This document shows positions 13,601-25,107 of a DNA stretch of 64,000 bases, in pieces (within the stretch, counting starts at the first letter, position 1; every line of letters starts with the position of its first letter). A program made the translations under genes and the position numbers. The DNA is taken from NCBI GenBank assembly GCA_002633005.1, contig NMRA01000098.1, positions 913,678 through 977,677 of the forward strand. Direction: 5' to 3'. This stretch comes from Phoronis australis (lineage: Eukaryota; Animalia; Phoronida). The notes beneath the pieces are model-generated. The model worked only from the letters and a program-made list of their open reading frames with translations, ran no database searches and had not been told where the DNA came from.

Positions 13601-15838
13601 ACTAATACTAACAACAAAATACTTTTAAAGGCCTGGGGCACTTCACCGCTGTTTAGTTGAGTTCTCAACAGATAAGTGGAATGGGATTTGAAGTGTTGCC
13701 TAATGAACTGGCAACTCAAGTCACAGGCAATGTGCAAGTGCGCCATTATCAAATTTGCAATTCTAAGATTGGCAAACCCCAACAAAGTCTGAAGTATTTC
13801 CTGGAGTCGCTGATGGGGTCCATGTTCTTGTTGGTTTCGGAAATCAAGTCTTATCATTGTTACAAAGAAAATAAGAAGACCAATTTCTGTTTCTTTACTG
13901 AAGAAATGCAGTTTTAATTAGTAATTTACGAGACTAACAAAAACCAGGTATCCACTAGAGATATATCATGATGTATAAACAATTTGATTCTTTTCGAAGG
14001 ATGTATTTAAAAATGACTTGAGGCTCAACAAAATTACTAGGCAGTGTTAGTATTAACTAGTCAATGGTGCAACCATAACTGTGGCCATATATCACCAGTT
14101 TAAGGATTCAGTTTTCACAAAAACTAAATCTACGGTTAAAGTACGATTAAGATTTTTTGAAAAACTTAATGGTCATATCTTGTTGGCATCTACTAGGATA
14201 AGGGTAAATTTTGAGGGTGAAACCATTTGTGATAGGGTATACTTCAAACAACCTTCTCTAAATCTCACCCAAACATGGCTAGATTTGCCAATTTGTGAGA
14301 ATTTGTGCATATAGGATTCCTCCAAAGGGCTTCAAAAAAGCTGCCTGGACTTCTATTGACACCAGGGACCTGAAATTCAGACATCAGATCAAGTGGGCGA
14401 TGATGATCATCCCTGCCAGTTATACGAGATGACAGTGCTTAGTATCTAAAGTGACATAAAAACGTAGAGGAAAAGCATGAACTATTACGAAATCACAATA
14501 TCCATGATAATTTACCCATTTCATCCTTTGAAGATAACTTGGTTATACCAATCAGACCATATCCACAAGAAGTCGTTAAGTTGACTTTTTCTCAACATGC
14601 AAATTTTGTGGAAGCAAGATTCAGGAGTTCGGCATATACTATGCTTTCTGATTGGTCAAGTATTGAACAATGTCACATGTCATTACGCTTATGGTTGGCG
14701 ATAAAAACTTTAACAATGACAAAAAGTGAGACTGAACAAGCTTCACAGATTGTATGGATAAAACCAGGAAGAGTCAACGAAGAAAGTAAGAGCCTTTGTA
14801 ATTTTTTTGTAAATTCTATTTAAGATTAGCTGCAAAGTTCTTACATTGCAATCCAAATTTGGACTCTCGTCATTTAAGATCAATGGCGGTTGAGTGTTTT
14901 GCAAATATAAAGGCCGACAGGGAGTTATCCCGCAAGGAGTTACGCATTACCTGTAGGTCAAGAAGAGTACTACGCTGCAACAAATTTCTTCTGAAATCAC
15001 ACAGATTTAGTCTCCACTGCCACATTTACTCAAATCCAAAGTATGAGTAGATATAGTGGCCTATCCCATTATTCTTGACTTTGTACACTGTAATCTTACC
15101 AATTTGACAAATGCAGCCTGCCAGACAGCGTTGTCATATATAGCCGCACCAAATCGCTTGTTAATGAGCAACTGCTTCTTAACCTTATGGTTTGGACACT
15201 TGATATCCAGTTGAAGTCTCGGAAAGGAGAATTTGTCTACAACGGTCAATCCTGGTAATTTTTACAATCTGATACATTTATGTTTGATGTTTATGTCTTC
15301 ACGGGTGAGAAACAACATGGCCGTCGGATCCAAAACAGGACCAACGGTCCTCCAAATCAGACAGAATCACCACAAAACAGGGCCTACACGGACCAAATGG
15401 GACTTACAGACTAGAATATGGGACTGACACAACTAAAAACATGACTGCTCCACCAGACTGGACATGACCCCCTGACAAAATGTTGTCGATGCCTGTGTGT
15501 GATACTAGTTATGACGATGCTTCACCCAAGAATTAGTTATCCTCGGGCGCTTTCTTCTGACTTGACTAAAACGTCAAACTGGAGAAATTGAGTTGTTATT
15601 TTGTTCTAAACTAATGCAGTGAGTGCAAATAATTATTAGTCATATTAATATTGGGGAAAATGCAAGTACGTCAGCATCAGTTCAGAAAGACTAAATCATA
15701 ACAGACGGAGCACACATTGATTCAGTGCGAAAGTTCAAATACTTAATCAAAGTTACCATTATACTTTGACGAGTTAATCGGCAATTTTTGACGTGTTTTT
15801 GGACCCAGATTTTCTGGTTCTTGCTCGTTTCCCTCCAT
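4623..15838 (-). CDS. TAPT1: TAPT1 (transmembrane anterior posterior transformation 1), 11 coding exons, about 512 aa
   Basis: Minus-strand exons: 15838-15757, 13503-13373, 12579-12455, 11976-11817, 10790-10655, 10429-10332, 9301-9151, 8084-7975, 7006-6947, 5845-5700, 4962-4623. All introns are GT-AG with consistent phases; total 1539 nt. Diagnostic peptides: AELTRGY, EPAQICDLLK, MMYHIIRGQVIIKLY, VADRLFSSVGQDILDALFWTATEP, QATTINVAFNSHNKVLLTIMMSNNFVELKGSVFKKF, VDWVKHAFITKFN, FGFIPLPL and C-terminal EIDRYTMCSNRIV*. Exon 1 is the least certain. Confidence 0.95.
6146..6405. repeat. Two-copy tandem duplication, period about 132 bp, in a TAPT1 intron
   Basis: agtctaaccaagacaacacg...catttggcaata occurs at 6146-6272 and 6278-6405 with only a few differences. 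Confidence 0.9.
8221..8735. mobile_element. Non-autonomous DNA transposon (MITE), same family as 52701-53206, opposite orientation
   Basis: Ends ccctatcatactaac ... gtttgtatgaaaggg form terminal inverted repeats. Internal blocks are reverse complements of those in the 52.7-53.2 kb copy (e.g. tagtgacggcact / agtgccgtcacta; ctggcaataacttcgat / atcgaagttatcgccag). Confidence 0.75.
8780..9117 (-). mobile_element. tRNA-derived SINE remnant
   Basis: Minus-strand head gaggcagtgTGGCCTAGGGGgtt...GGTTCAAATCCc has Pol III A-box and B-box-like motifs at tRNA-like spacing. 3' boundary is approximate. Confidence 0.55.
10430..10654 (-). other. U12-type (minor spliceosome) GT-AG intron in TAPT1
   Basis: 5' splice site GTATCCTTT (10654-10646). 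Branch-site-like TTCTTAAC (10447-10440) lies about 10 nt before the CAG acceptor. No polypyrimidine tract. Boundaries are fixed by the conserved reading frame (ILYV-L-GHAVL). Confidence 0.85.
12090..12322. mobile_element. Degenerate copy of the 8.2/52.7 kb MITE family
   Basis: Shares ttgttgac.a.agcag, ttaaatccacctgt and the terminal ...gaaaggcc with the 8221-8735 copy. Confidence 0.5.
12620..13053 (+). mobile_element. 5'-truncated L1/Tx1-like LINE (ORF2 C-terminus, 3'UTR, poly-A), antisense in TAPT1 intron 2
   Basis: ORF 12622-12903 (...FNILLLLAKQYIYKERC...FLKFV...EKLNAHKN...FSAKWEKF) resembles the C-terminal tail of L1/Tx1 ORF2. AATAAA and an A-tract follow at 13024-13044. An imperfect 11-bp target-site duplication flanks it: aattgttcgat (12620-12630) and aattgtttgat (13043-13053). 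Confidence 0.75.
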
Positions 15839-16089
15839 TTTTATCTTCCGACAGTCGAGAGCGTCTATTTCCGGATATGCGCAATAGGTCTGTTCGTGGA
15901 GTTTCCCTTGGCGACGCGAGACGCATTCGTGCTTTTGTTGTCGGTGCCTGCTAAACATACAAATCAATGGGAACGTGTAGGCCTAGTTAACGAGTAGTGT
16001 TGTGGTGGTTAAGGTGCGTGTTTCACCTATGCAGTCGACTGTCTCCCGGTTCTAGTTATTTCTGCTGATAACTTTCTGAAACTTGTAAA
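15839..16089. promoter_or_regulatory. Bidirectional promoter / 5'UTR region between TAPT1 and TEX36, with X-box-like motif at 15901-15915
   Basis: Divergent ATGs at 15838 (-) and 16090 (+). The region is locally CpG-rich. The minus strand reads GTCGCC-AAG-GGAAAC, close to the RFX X-box consensus GTNRCC-N0-3-RGYAAC. Confidence 0.6.
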
Positions 16090-19000
16090 ATGCCAAAGGG
16101 GAGGACTTTCGTCCCAAACGGTGTTCGAGATGGAATATGGGTAAGTAAGCTCGGTGTTTTTCTATCTTTGACTTTGAGTAGATAATTATGTTCGTAAATC
16201 AATTTTTGTGTTCAAACTGAAAGATTAAGGAAAATATGATTTTTTTTTGTTTTTCTTTGATGTATTTTTCGTCATTATATACCTGTTGTCTGTCAAGAAC
16301 GGTTAGGATCTTGAGCCCAATATGACTAACCCGATGGCAATGGCAAGGGGTAGGTCGTTTACCAAATAAATTGTGGAACATATTTTCTCCTTAAAAGCCA
16401 AATTCAAATGTTTGTTGTTGTTATGATTTCATGTTTTTATTCTAATTTTATCGTAGTTTCAACACATTGGAACAGAACACATGGGGCAAAGCCTGAAAAG
16501 AGAGGAAGCAACAACATCGGGGATAATGAATGCTACACGAGACTTCCCCTATACAAGTATTCCTGCAGCCACCTCTGTGACATTTAATGCAAGATCACTT
16601 GTAAGTCTTTGTACTCTGTACATTTTGGTTATAGCAACAGAAATAAATCAGGCACAAATTGTTGCTCACGGAGTGGTTGGATTTATCCATGGTCAAAGTA
16701 TTATTTAAACTGGTATTTAATAGGCATTCGAGTTTCTTTTCTTATCAACAAAAATGAGACAGTCTATTCATGAATTTAAGTTGTCTTAGCATGAAGCTGA
16801 TGATTTAATTGTATAATCATAGTCCAGTAAACATTCAGCCCAGTGTATCTTTATCATTTTAGAAATGACTGTCGCTTATTACTTGAAATTTTCAGTACTC
16901 TCTCACCAGCCGGCATATTCCTGTCTTTCACTCTCAAAAAAATCGATGGAGTTAATTGCAAATTTTTCCTTGTATATAAAATCAATTATTTGATTATATG
17001 TTAACAAAACATGGCATTGATTAACTATATTGTCTGTTGTTACTGTTTGTTCCAGTCAGTTCAATTTCTTGCCAACTCTTCAGTTGGTATCTATTCAATT
17101 TGGTCTATGTGTAATTTCAGAAAAATTACAAATCTGACAATCCATTCTCTGAGCATGATAACAGGCATTCCTTCCAAGATCATGGAGTCTATTTAGAAGA
17201 TGTGAGTATTACAGCTATGTTTGATAAATTGTCTTTTTACTAAAGGCACTACGCATTCAATGTTTCGTTCTACCCATGTCATGTTTACTTCATTTAACAA
17301 AGATTGTCGAATTACTATTCTAAAGCGCAGTGAATTTTCTATAGAACTCTTGGATCCAAGTATAATTTGATTACATTACTGGTAGTTTGAAAACACTCAC
17401 CCATATTTTAGTTCCTGTTGTGCCACTTTAGTTGAGACATATTCACTCTAAACCCTAACATTGAAAACCCTTGAGAAGAGTATGCCAACCCTTCAGATAT
17501 TAGCAGTGAAAGGGCAGTATCATTGCTGTAGTTGATTGTTTACATTGTATTCTGAGCTCAACCCATGAAACTCACTTTGGGCACTGTTCAAATAAACTGT
17601 TTACACAAGAGGTCTACCTGTTGTGAATGTTTGTATGGTAGTGGAATGCCACTGTGCAGGTAACCTGCCCCAGTAATTCTCTTTATCACATGGTTTCCCA
17701 GCAATATCCCATAATCTGATTGTTTAAACATTTTTCAGAACAGCTTGGTTGCACAGCTGATGTAGTTAACTTTGATAACACTTTAGTGAGCTGGAAATCT
17801 CATATCTTGCAAGAATGACAAAATTACACCAACAGCAAGTAACACCAGTGTAATTAAGTTATTAATTAGTATAATTTATTTTCAAACGATAATTAGGAAT
17901 TCTTTAATTTTTTTATTTTTTTGAAAAAATTGTTGTAATTAAAATTTTAATTTTTAGTGTTCAGGTCAAATTTTATTTCACAAGCCCATTATTCCTTCTG
18001 TGCACCCTGATGCTAAACTAGGGAATTTTCAAACAAACATCTGTTGTGCACCTCATTATCCATGGCTCAGTAGGGGGTAAGCATCTGAAAGCCATAAGCT
18101 GTTATTAGGCTGTAGTGAGCTTATCTTTTCAGGGTAATTGGTTTCTGCCAAATTAAATCTCAGGCATGGTTTTAAGAGGGGAGACTCACCAGAATACACA
18201 AACCCTGCAATAACAAAATGGAGAGGGCATTATCAACTAGTTTGTGTATTTAACCAGTCCTATGTACAAAACTATAGATTTTAGTTCAGTAACAATCCAA
18301 AAGTATAAAGCCAGTAGAATTTAATTTTTGACTTTTTACTAATCTGTCATTAATTGGGTAACATTACCATGTTGTTTTAGAAAAAAAAACAGCAAAAAGA
18401 ACTATACATTGCCGATAACAAAACTACGTCAACAAAAACACAACCAAGTGTTATTTTATGAAAATCTTCAGGATAGACCCTCAAAAAACACTGTTGCAGC
18501 CGTTTAAATTACCATTGCATTTTCATTTTACGTAAGTTTCGATTTTTTCATGAACATCATAAAAATCCTATGTTTGATAGCCCCTCATGCCAAAGTGGAG
18601 CATTTTAATAACAACTAGTATTCCTAAAAGAATTTTGGATGATAGTGTTTAAAGCATAGTGTACTTAATCAACAATTTTTGAAATATGATGTTCCAAAAT
18701 TTGTCTACTACGGACATCTTTCTAGGTTCCTACAGAGACTTAAGTAAGCCCATGTTCCCTTTGTGCACAAGTCTTCACCCTTCTGTGTGTAAAGCACTTT
18801 TGAGTTTTCGTCCACCAGGCTTCATAACAACATGCTCTGTCACTTAATTTTTGGAAGAAAAGAGCTTAAGATCTGTCTTTTTTTTGTTAATGTTGTGTAA
18901 TGTATGTGTAATTTTTTTCCTTTTAGCAAAAAAGGTAGAAGGTTTTAGTAAGTGATGTAATTTGCTCATTTTGAGCCATGTATACTTATTATTTATTATA

Positions 19001-19566
19001 GCGACATGGATTCTTCCCAGAATGAAATATAAAACAAATGTACTTTTTGTGCAATACACCCCAGTCTCTTGAGTTTAAAAGTCACCTCATAAAAATGGAC
19101 AATTGCTTACAGTACTACAGTACTTCTTGTTTTATTTTCAAAGGGAAAGGATGAGCGGTTGTTAGGGAGACACCTGACTGAACGTCAAAATCGGCAGCAC
19201 AACACTAGCAAGGACTTCCTCAAGCATCATAGTGGTAAAAATGAAGTAAACTTCTTCTACGGTACAAACAGTGCATTGTCTTACAAAGGTTATCCTTGCG
19301 ATGATCCACCAACACGGAGGAGATTTCCCCGTAACCACCGGGACCCCAAACCAGGGCCTTCTGAGCTTAGTACTAGCACTACGCTATGGCACTCTATTAG
19401 CCCATACAAGGAGTCGATAAAAACACTTGCAAATTCCCAGGTACCTTACTCAAAGCATAATGTTTGGAAGTATTCAAATCATGGTTTAACTAGGGCTTAT
19501 CCAATCATTGACAGGTTAAGAAAATCAAGGTGTGATATTTGTACAGTTGAACCGTTTGGACACTGA
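16090..19566 (+). CDS. TEX36: TEX36-like (testis-expressed protein 36, HDNR domain), 4 coding exons, about 232 aa; 3' end uncertain
   Basis: Exons 16090-16140 (MPKGRTFVPNGVRDGIW), 16457-16600 (FQHIG...), 17121-17201 (NPFSEHDNRHSFQDHGVYLED) and 19144-19566 (...RQHNTSKDFL...RRRFPR...). All introns are phase-0 GT-AG. Matches recalled TEX36 motifs MTKGRRF..DGRWFPHIG, FPFSVHDNRHS, RQH and RRFPR. A further exon may start at the acceptor at 20388, with AATAAA at 20960-20965. Confidence 0.85.
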
Positions 19567-21477
19567 AATTGTTTAAGACATGGGCTTTCTCTGCAAGAAG
19601 CAGCTATGGTCAGGTTCAGGTTTGGTAAGCTCAACCCGAGAGCTAATGGTCACTGGGCTGTTTATAATATTAAAATTCAAAGTGAAGCTCTCAATGTTTA
19701 ATGATATTCTTTAAAGCGCAACAGCCAAAGTTATTCCTAAATGGGAATCTTTATAAAGTTGATTCTTGACACACTCAAGTTTTCAGAAAAGCCAAATCTA
19801 GATTCATTTGGTAAAATCTCTGTGTACATTTGCTACAAATGGGTGTAGAAGCGAGATTTTACATTTAGTGTGATTAATGAGACGCTGCCCTTTTCACTTT
19901 TTTACGGTTAAAATTCTTCAGTTTGAGACACAATATTTCGGTCAGGTGAAACTTCTCAGCAAAAATAACTACTAAATTTCAGAAAAAATTACCTCGCATT
20001 TAGCCTTGTTTGTATGGCATAGCAAGTACCAAACAACATTTGGTAAAATTTTGACCATTTGCAATAATTTGGTGCCTCTCTAAAAATAGAAATGTGGCAA
20101 GTACTTTATGTCCCCATTTGAAGATTTTTAAAGTATTTATTAGTTTCTGTCAATAAATGAACTATTAGTAAATATGATGGTCAATTCAGATATTAGAACA
20201 CCATAAAAAGACTTAAACAGAGCAAAATTCGTAGGAAATTGAAAAAAAATGGTGACAAAGGCATTTTTTGTCTCCATAGTAATTTTCACTGTATTTTCTG
20301 GTTGATTATGGGTTCTAGTTAAATTCCTTTAACAAATAATGTAAGAGTGTTAGAATATCTGTTTTCATTGTTAATTCTTTATTGCAGAGCCTTTATCAAA
20401 TGTTCAAAGTTCCAAACTTTAGTAGCCACTTGTGTCAGAGGAAGCCATGTTAAGCAGTATTTAGTGTTCTATCAAGGAGTTAGCATTATTTTTAACATGT
20501 ATTTTGTTCATTTGTAATGGCATCTGGCCACAGGATTCATCATGTACAGAGAATATTTTACTAGATTGTTATTTTGACACATGTTGTTATGTGGCCGTGC
20601 AAGTGAAAGTGGTGCTCTTTTGCAATTTTCAATTGCTTAGATTATAAGCGAGTGATTCATATTTTGATAGCATATTTTTATTTTTGTATTTTTTAATGGT
20701 TTAGCAATCAACTGGCAATCACATAATACCAAATCTATTGATTTTTCTGTTGCATGCCGTACTATTGGTATGCAACACGTTCTCGTACATATCCATACTA
20801 TGAGTAATATTTATAGAGAGTAATATTTATAGAGCGAGCTATTTCAGTACCAAGATGTACCAAGATGTGCATTTAGAATGCTCTTACAAAGAAATTTGTG
20901 ATTGCTATGTAATGTTGTCCTTGTACTTATTTTGTTACTTATAATGTAGATTTTGATAAAATAAAATTGTCACAACGTCACAACTAATATGCGAAGCTTT
21001 GTGTTATTTTCCATGAAAGCACCTTCAAAGCTTTGGTACCGATACGAGAATCAGCAACATAAATTTGCCACAACTGAAATATGCAAAACTATGGAAATCC
21101 CCAAACCTTTTAGCCTGCAATGTGTGTTTATTTTTATTGAAGAAATTGACAAGTGAAGTTACACTTGTCAATATCCTCAATAAAAACAAACATTTATTTA
21201 AAAAAATTTCTATTCTATATCTCATAAAGCAACACTAAAAGTTTCCCAGTGAGGTGATTGGCTTTTTTCCAAAATTTCAAAAATGAAAACTTTGGCAATA
21301 TTTTCATGTGGAAATTAAAGTAAAAGAAATACCATAATCCGATCGTTCATGAAGGTAACTTTGGCCCTATTCCAAGATTCAAGGAATTTCATGAGGCTAC
21401 TCAAAATGTAAAAAAGTGTAAGAAAAATACCATCAATGTAACAATTTATGTACAACAAGGATTCAAATTTTCAATTA

Positions 21478-24400
21478 TTTATTTCTTCTAAACAAAAAGA
21501 TCTTGAACTGAGATTCTTACATAAACAACATTTACATGAATGACAATTGACAAAACGTGAGGCAAAACACACTAAACAAATACAACTGAAAAGCATTACA
21601 ACACACTACTACCTACAAATCAAACAAAATAACATTTGAACTTCAATGAGAAGCTTGAATTCACCTTGTATACTACAGTTATAACATAAATTGGTCTTCA
21701 CATGACCCTTCTATTCTGTGAACAACCCCATGAGGGGCATTCTCAAAACATTCTACTAAATAATACACTGACCACATCACTAAGGTTAAATCGCACCAAT
21801 TTCGGACAAAAATAAATGCCAAGATGGAGAATTTTCTTATGGTCAAAAGCTTCTCCCATTGTAATGTAATGTCCACAAATAAAATATAAAGGCATCTATG
21901 GTGCAGAACTAAAAATGTTTGTGGTAAATTTTCTTTCAATTAGAACAAAACATGGCGGAAAGATAAAATTTCATTTTATCGAAAATTTCAACAAGTGTAA
22001 ATAATAAGACAATTTTACTTCATCATTTGAAAATAGTATATGGTACAGCTGTCATCAACAAACACAAGATGACACACTTTTGGCAATATAGTGGTAGTTT
22101 GAAAATTCAAAAAGTAATTTTGGACATTATTTTTGTTTGAATTAAGGGAACATTACATTGAATTGTTGACACAAACCTTTTATTGACGAAATGAGAAAAT
22201 AAAATGTCACTTCTTTGGCATACTCTGTCCTAACCTGATTTGACTTTACCGTAGTATGAGAGCATAGATATCAAGTCATCCAGTAATTAGACTGTTATCC
22301 TCACAAGTTCTAACATTAGTCACAGGCGTGCATTCCCCCTTAAACCCTTCATGCAACACGAACTAAAACGCAGGGCCTTTATTTTTCATTGCTTAGTACA
22401 TATGCACTTGTAAACACTTGCTTTGATTCTCAACACTACTAAAACACACCCATTCATGTACACCTACTGACATAATAAAACATCTCAATCTAGTTACTAG
22501 AAGTTGTGTGTAAACAGTTACTATTTCAGGTTACTGTCCAATTCATTTTCCCACAACAGGCAACATGAGCAAATAACACACAGCCAGACAACTGGTGACA
22601 AAGGCAGACAAAAAATCTTTTAAAAACACAGAAATGGCAGTGTGAACAGATGTGCAAGTAGTGACTTCTGGTCAGGAACTGAAATTTAAGGTTTCATGTT
22701 TTCTAAAGCAAATCGTTGCTAGGACATGACTTAAGATGGTTCAAGTGAGAAAATTTTAAGCTGCCTGACATCAAAAACTCAGCCCATTTCATGACACCAT
22801 GCACTTTGTCAAGAGCTTTGCACAAGAAATACAAGCACCATGAACCCGTAATACCACAAACACTGATCTGTTCATTTTGTGTGGAGCACAACACTTACTG
22901 TGTTAGCAATGATCTCATGACAATAACACACTGGCTGAAAAAATTCTCCAGGTGGATTAGATTGACATCTGGATTTGGAAAGCGATGTTGTCTTGAGCTG
23001 TAACTAAGTGATAGATATTTGTAACGAATATGACAACTGTAAGAGAATTTTACTACATTTGGTTGCACTATTAATGCAGAGTTGAAATTGAGTATCGAGA
23101 AGTAAGAAGTTACAACTTACACACTGTGATAACAGGTAGTCTGAGAATTACCCGCACTATGTGGGGTGTGACTATCTATAATACACATGAACACAATTTG
23201 TAATAAGTTACAACTAAAAACACAGTCATCCGATAATAATAACTACCGACAGACAACAAATGTAATTATAATTTACTAATAAATATTCAGTCCTATACCT
23301 TCAACAAGGTACATAATCTGCACTCAGCAAACACAATAATTGATTCTATTTTAAGTTAACAAAAATCTAATGTGACAAGTCTATAACAAACGATGAGTTA
23401 CAAGTGAAAACAAATACCAATAAGACATCATGAGATTTTTCAAAAAACACTTTGAAAGCTTCACAAATTTACATAAACTGAAGAAAAATGAATAAATATC
23501 AACTTGTTTTTTCATCATTGGAATGATCATAAGAACGTAAAAATATATTCAAAAGAATGTTAAAATCAAAAGATTTTTTCCAGCGACTATTTACTTTTAT
23601 CAGACTGCAAAACATAAATGGCACAGGCAGCACTAAGACACCATCTATCAAAGCATACACAACATACATAGTCTAGACCAAACAACACCGGTGATAGATG
23701 GTAACATGGTGCATCCTAGAACTTTGTTCAACAAATGTGCAACTATTTCATATTTACATAAATTGGCACAATTCACCACTGAGTTTTCAAAATAAGAATT
23801 CAATAACTGCTTAATAAACTAACAAACTAGTAACAGACCATATTTCCTACAATTCTTTACGCAGATCTTTGACCTTGAACGACCTTGCATGTGTGTCGAT
23901 GTATAACAATACTGACGGGTGTCACACTGTTGAACTGCAAGCGAATGAAAAATGTACAACAAAATCTACTCTGAAGACCACATGAATGTACCAGACAGTT
24001 TGAATTGCGGATATGGCTATTAAAATTTACACACAATCTACTATAACTGTTCTCAAAACAAGCAGCACTTTTCAATTGTGATATTTAAACTGAGGGCAAA
24101 AATTATGAGCCAATCTCACTCACTAGACTGCTCCAGGCAATAGCACAAAGTCAGAAAGCAAAACACTTCAATCTAGATTTGTTGAAGTTGCTACTTTTCA
24201 AATCAAAATATTTGTCTTTCTTTGAAGTCCCACACAATGCTAATTAGACCAAGTCGAAGTCTTGAACTTCAAGTTTGAATAAAGCAAGCTAACTGCAGTG
24301 GCTCCCACTGTTGGAGAAATCCAGGAACTCCATTCTAATCACATCTAATTAACGGTGAAGCACCATTAAAGAACTAAAGCAAATGGCTCCACCCATAAAC

Positions 24401-25107
24401 ACAAACCAAAACAATTACGGTGCAGTTGTCAAAAGTAGTGCGCCATGATGCTTTAACGTTTAATATGATAAATTATTATCCACGGATGTTTTTGTTGCTC
24501 ATATCTAATTCCGATATACATAAAACATGAAAGCAGCACAAACCCATTCAACAAATGAATTGGTATGTCTCCCACTTAAGTGTTTGTTTAGACTCAACAC
24601 AATGAATCATACATCTATCAAAATCTGATTAAAAACAAGACGAAGGGTCACTTTTAAACACATGCTTAAGAGATTTTAAATTTTTTAACTTTTAAAAAAC
24701 GTCTCACAATGGGTGCTTAACTTCTGCCCTAATAACTTTACACTTTACACAAGATCTTTATAGCATGAAATAACAAAGGAAATAGTTAATTGTAGCATGA
24801 TAAAACAATAGATGATGCCTGTACAAGGCTATCTGTGCTTAATGTAAGGAACTCAAGTGAAAACATGCGGTAGAGGTTGAACAGGTCGAACGACTAACAG
24901 AAAATTCGAAACAAAATCAGTTTGAAAATTTGGGCAGAACTGAAGAGATCAATTATGCATGATTGTGAAGACAAAACTGAGAATTTTGTGCACTGAAGTG
25001 TGTTGAGAAACAAAATGGACAAAAATGTCAAAACATATAGTTACATCTATGAGGAGTGACAAAATTTTGTCATGCAGTGTACAGGAGACATACTGACACT
25101 TACATGT
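21478..25107 (-). other. Probable long 3'UTR of complexin
   Basis: U/GU-rich minus-strand sequence downstream of the complexin stop. A minus-strand AATAAA lies at 21483-21478, convergent with the TEX36 3' end. The extent is inferred. Confidence 0.4.
21950..22130. repeat. Dispersed repeat, related in inverted orientation to about 59760-59950
   Basis: catggcg..aaaatttcattttatcgaaaatttc...gtacagctgtcatcaac matches the reverse complement of gttgatgacagccgtac...gaaaattttgacaaaataaagtttt...cgccatg. Confidence 0.55.
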
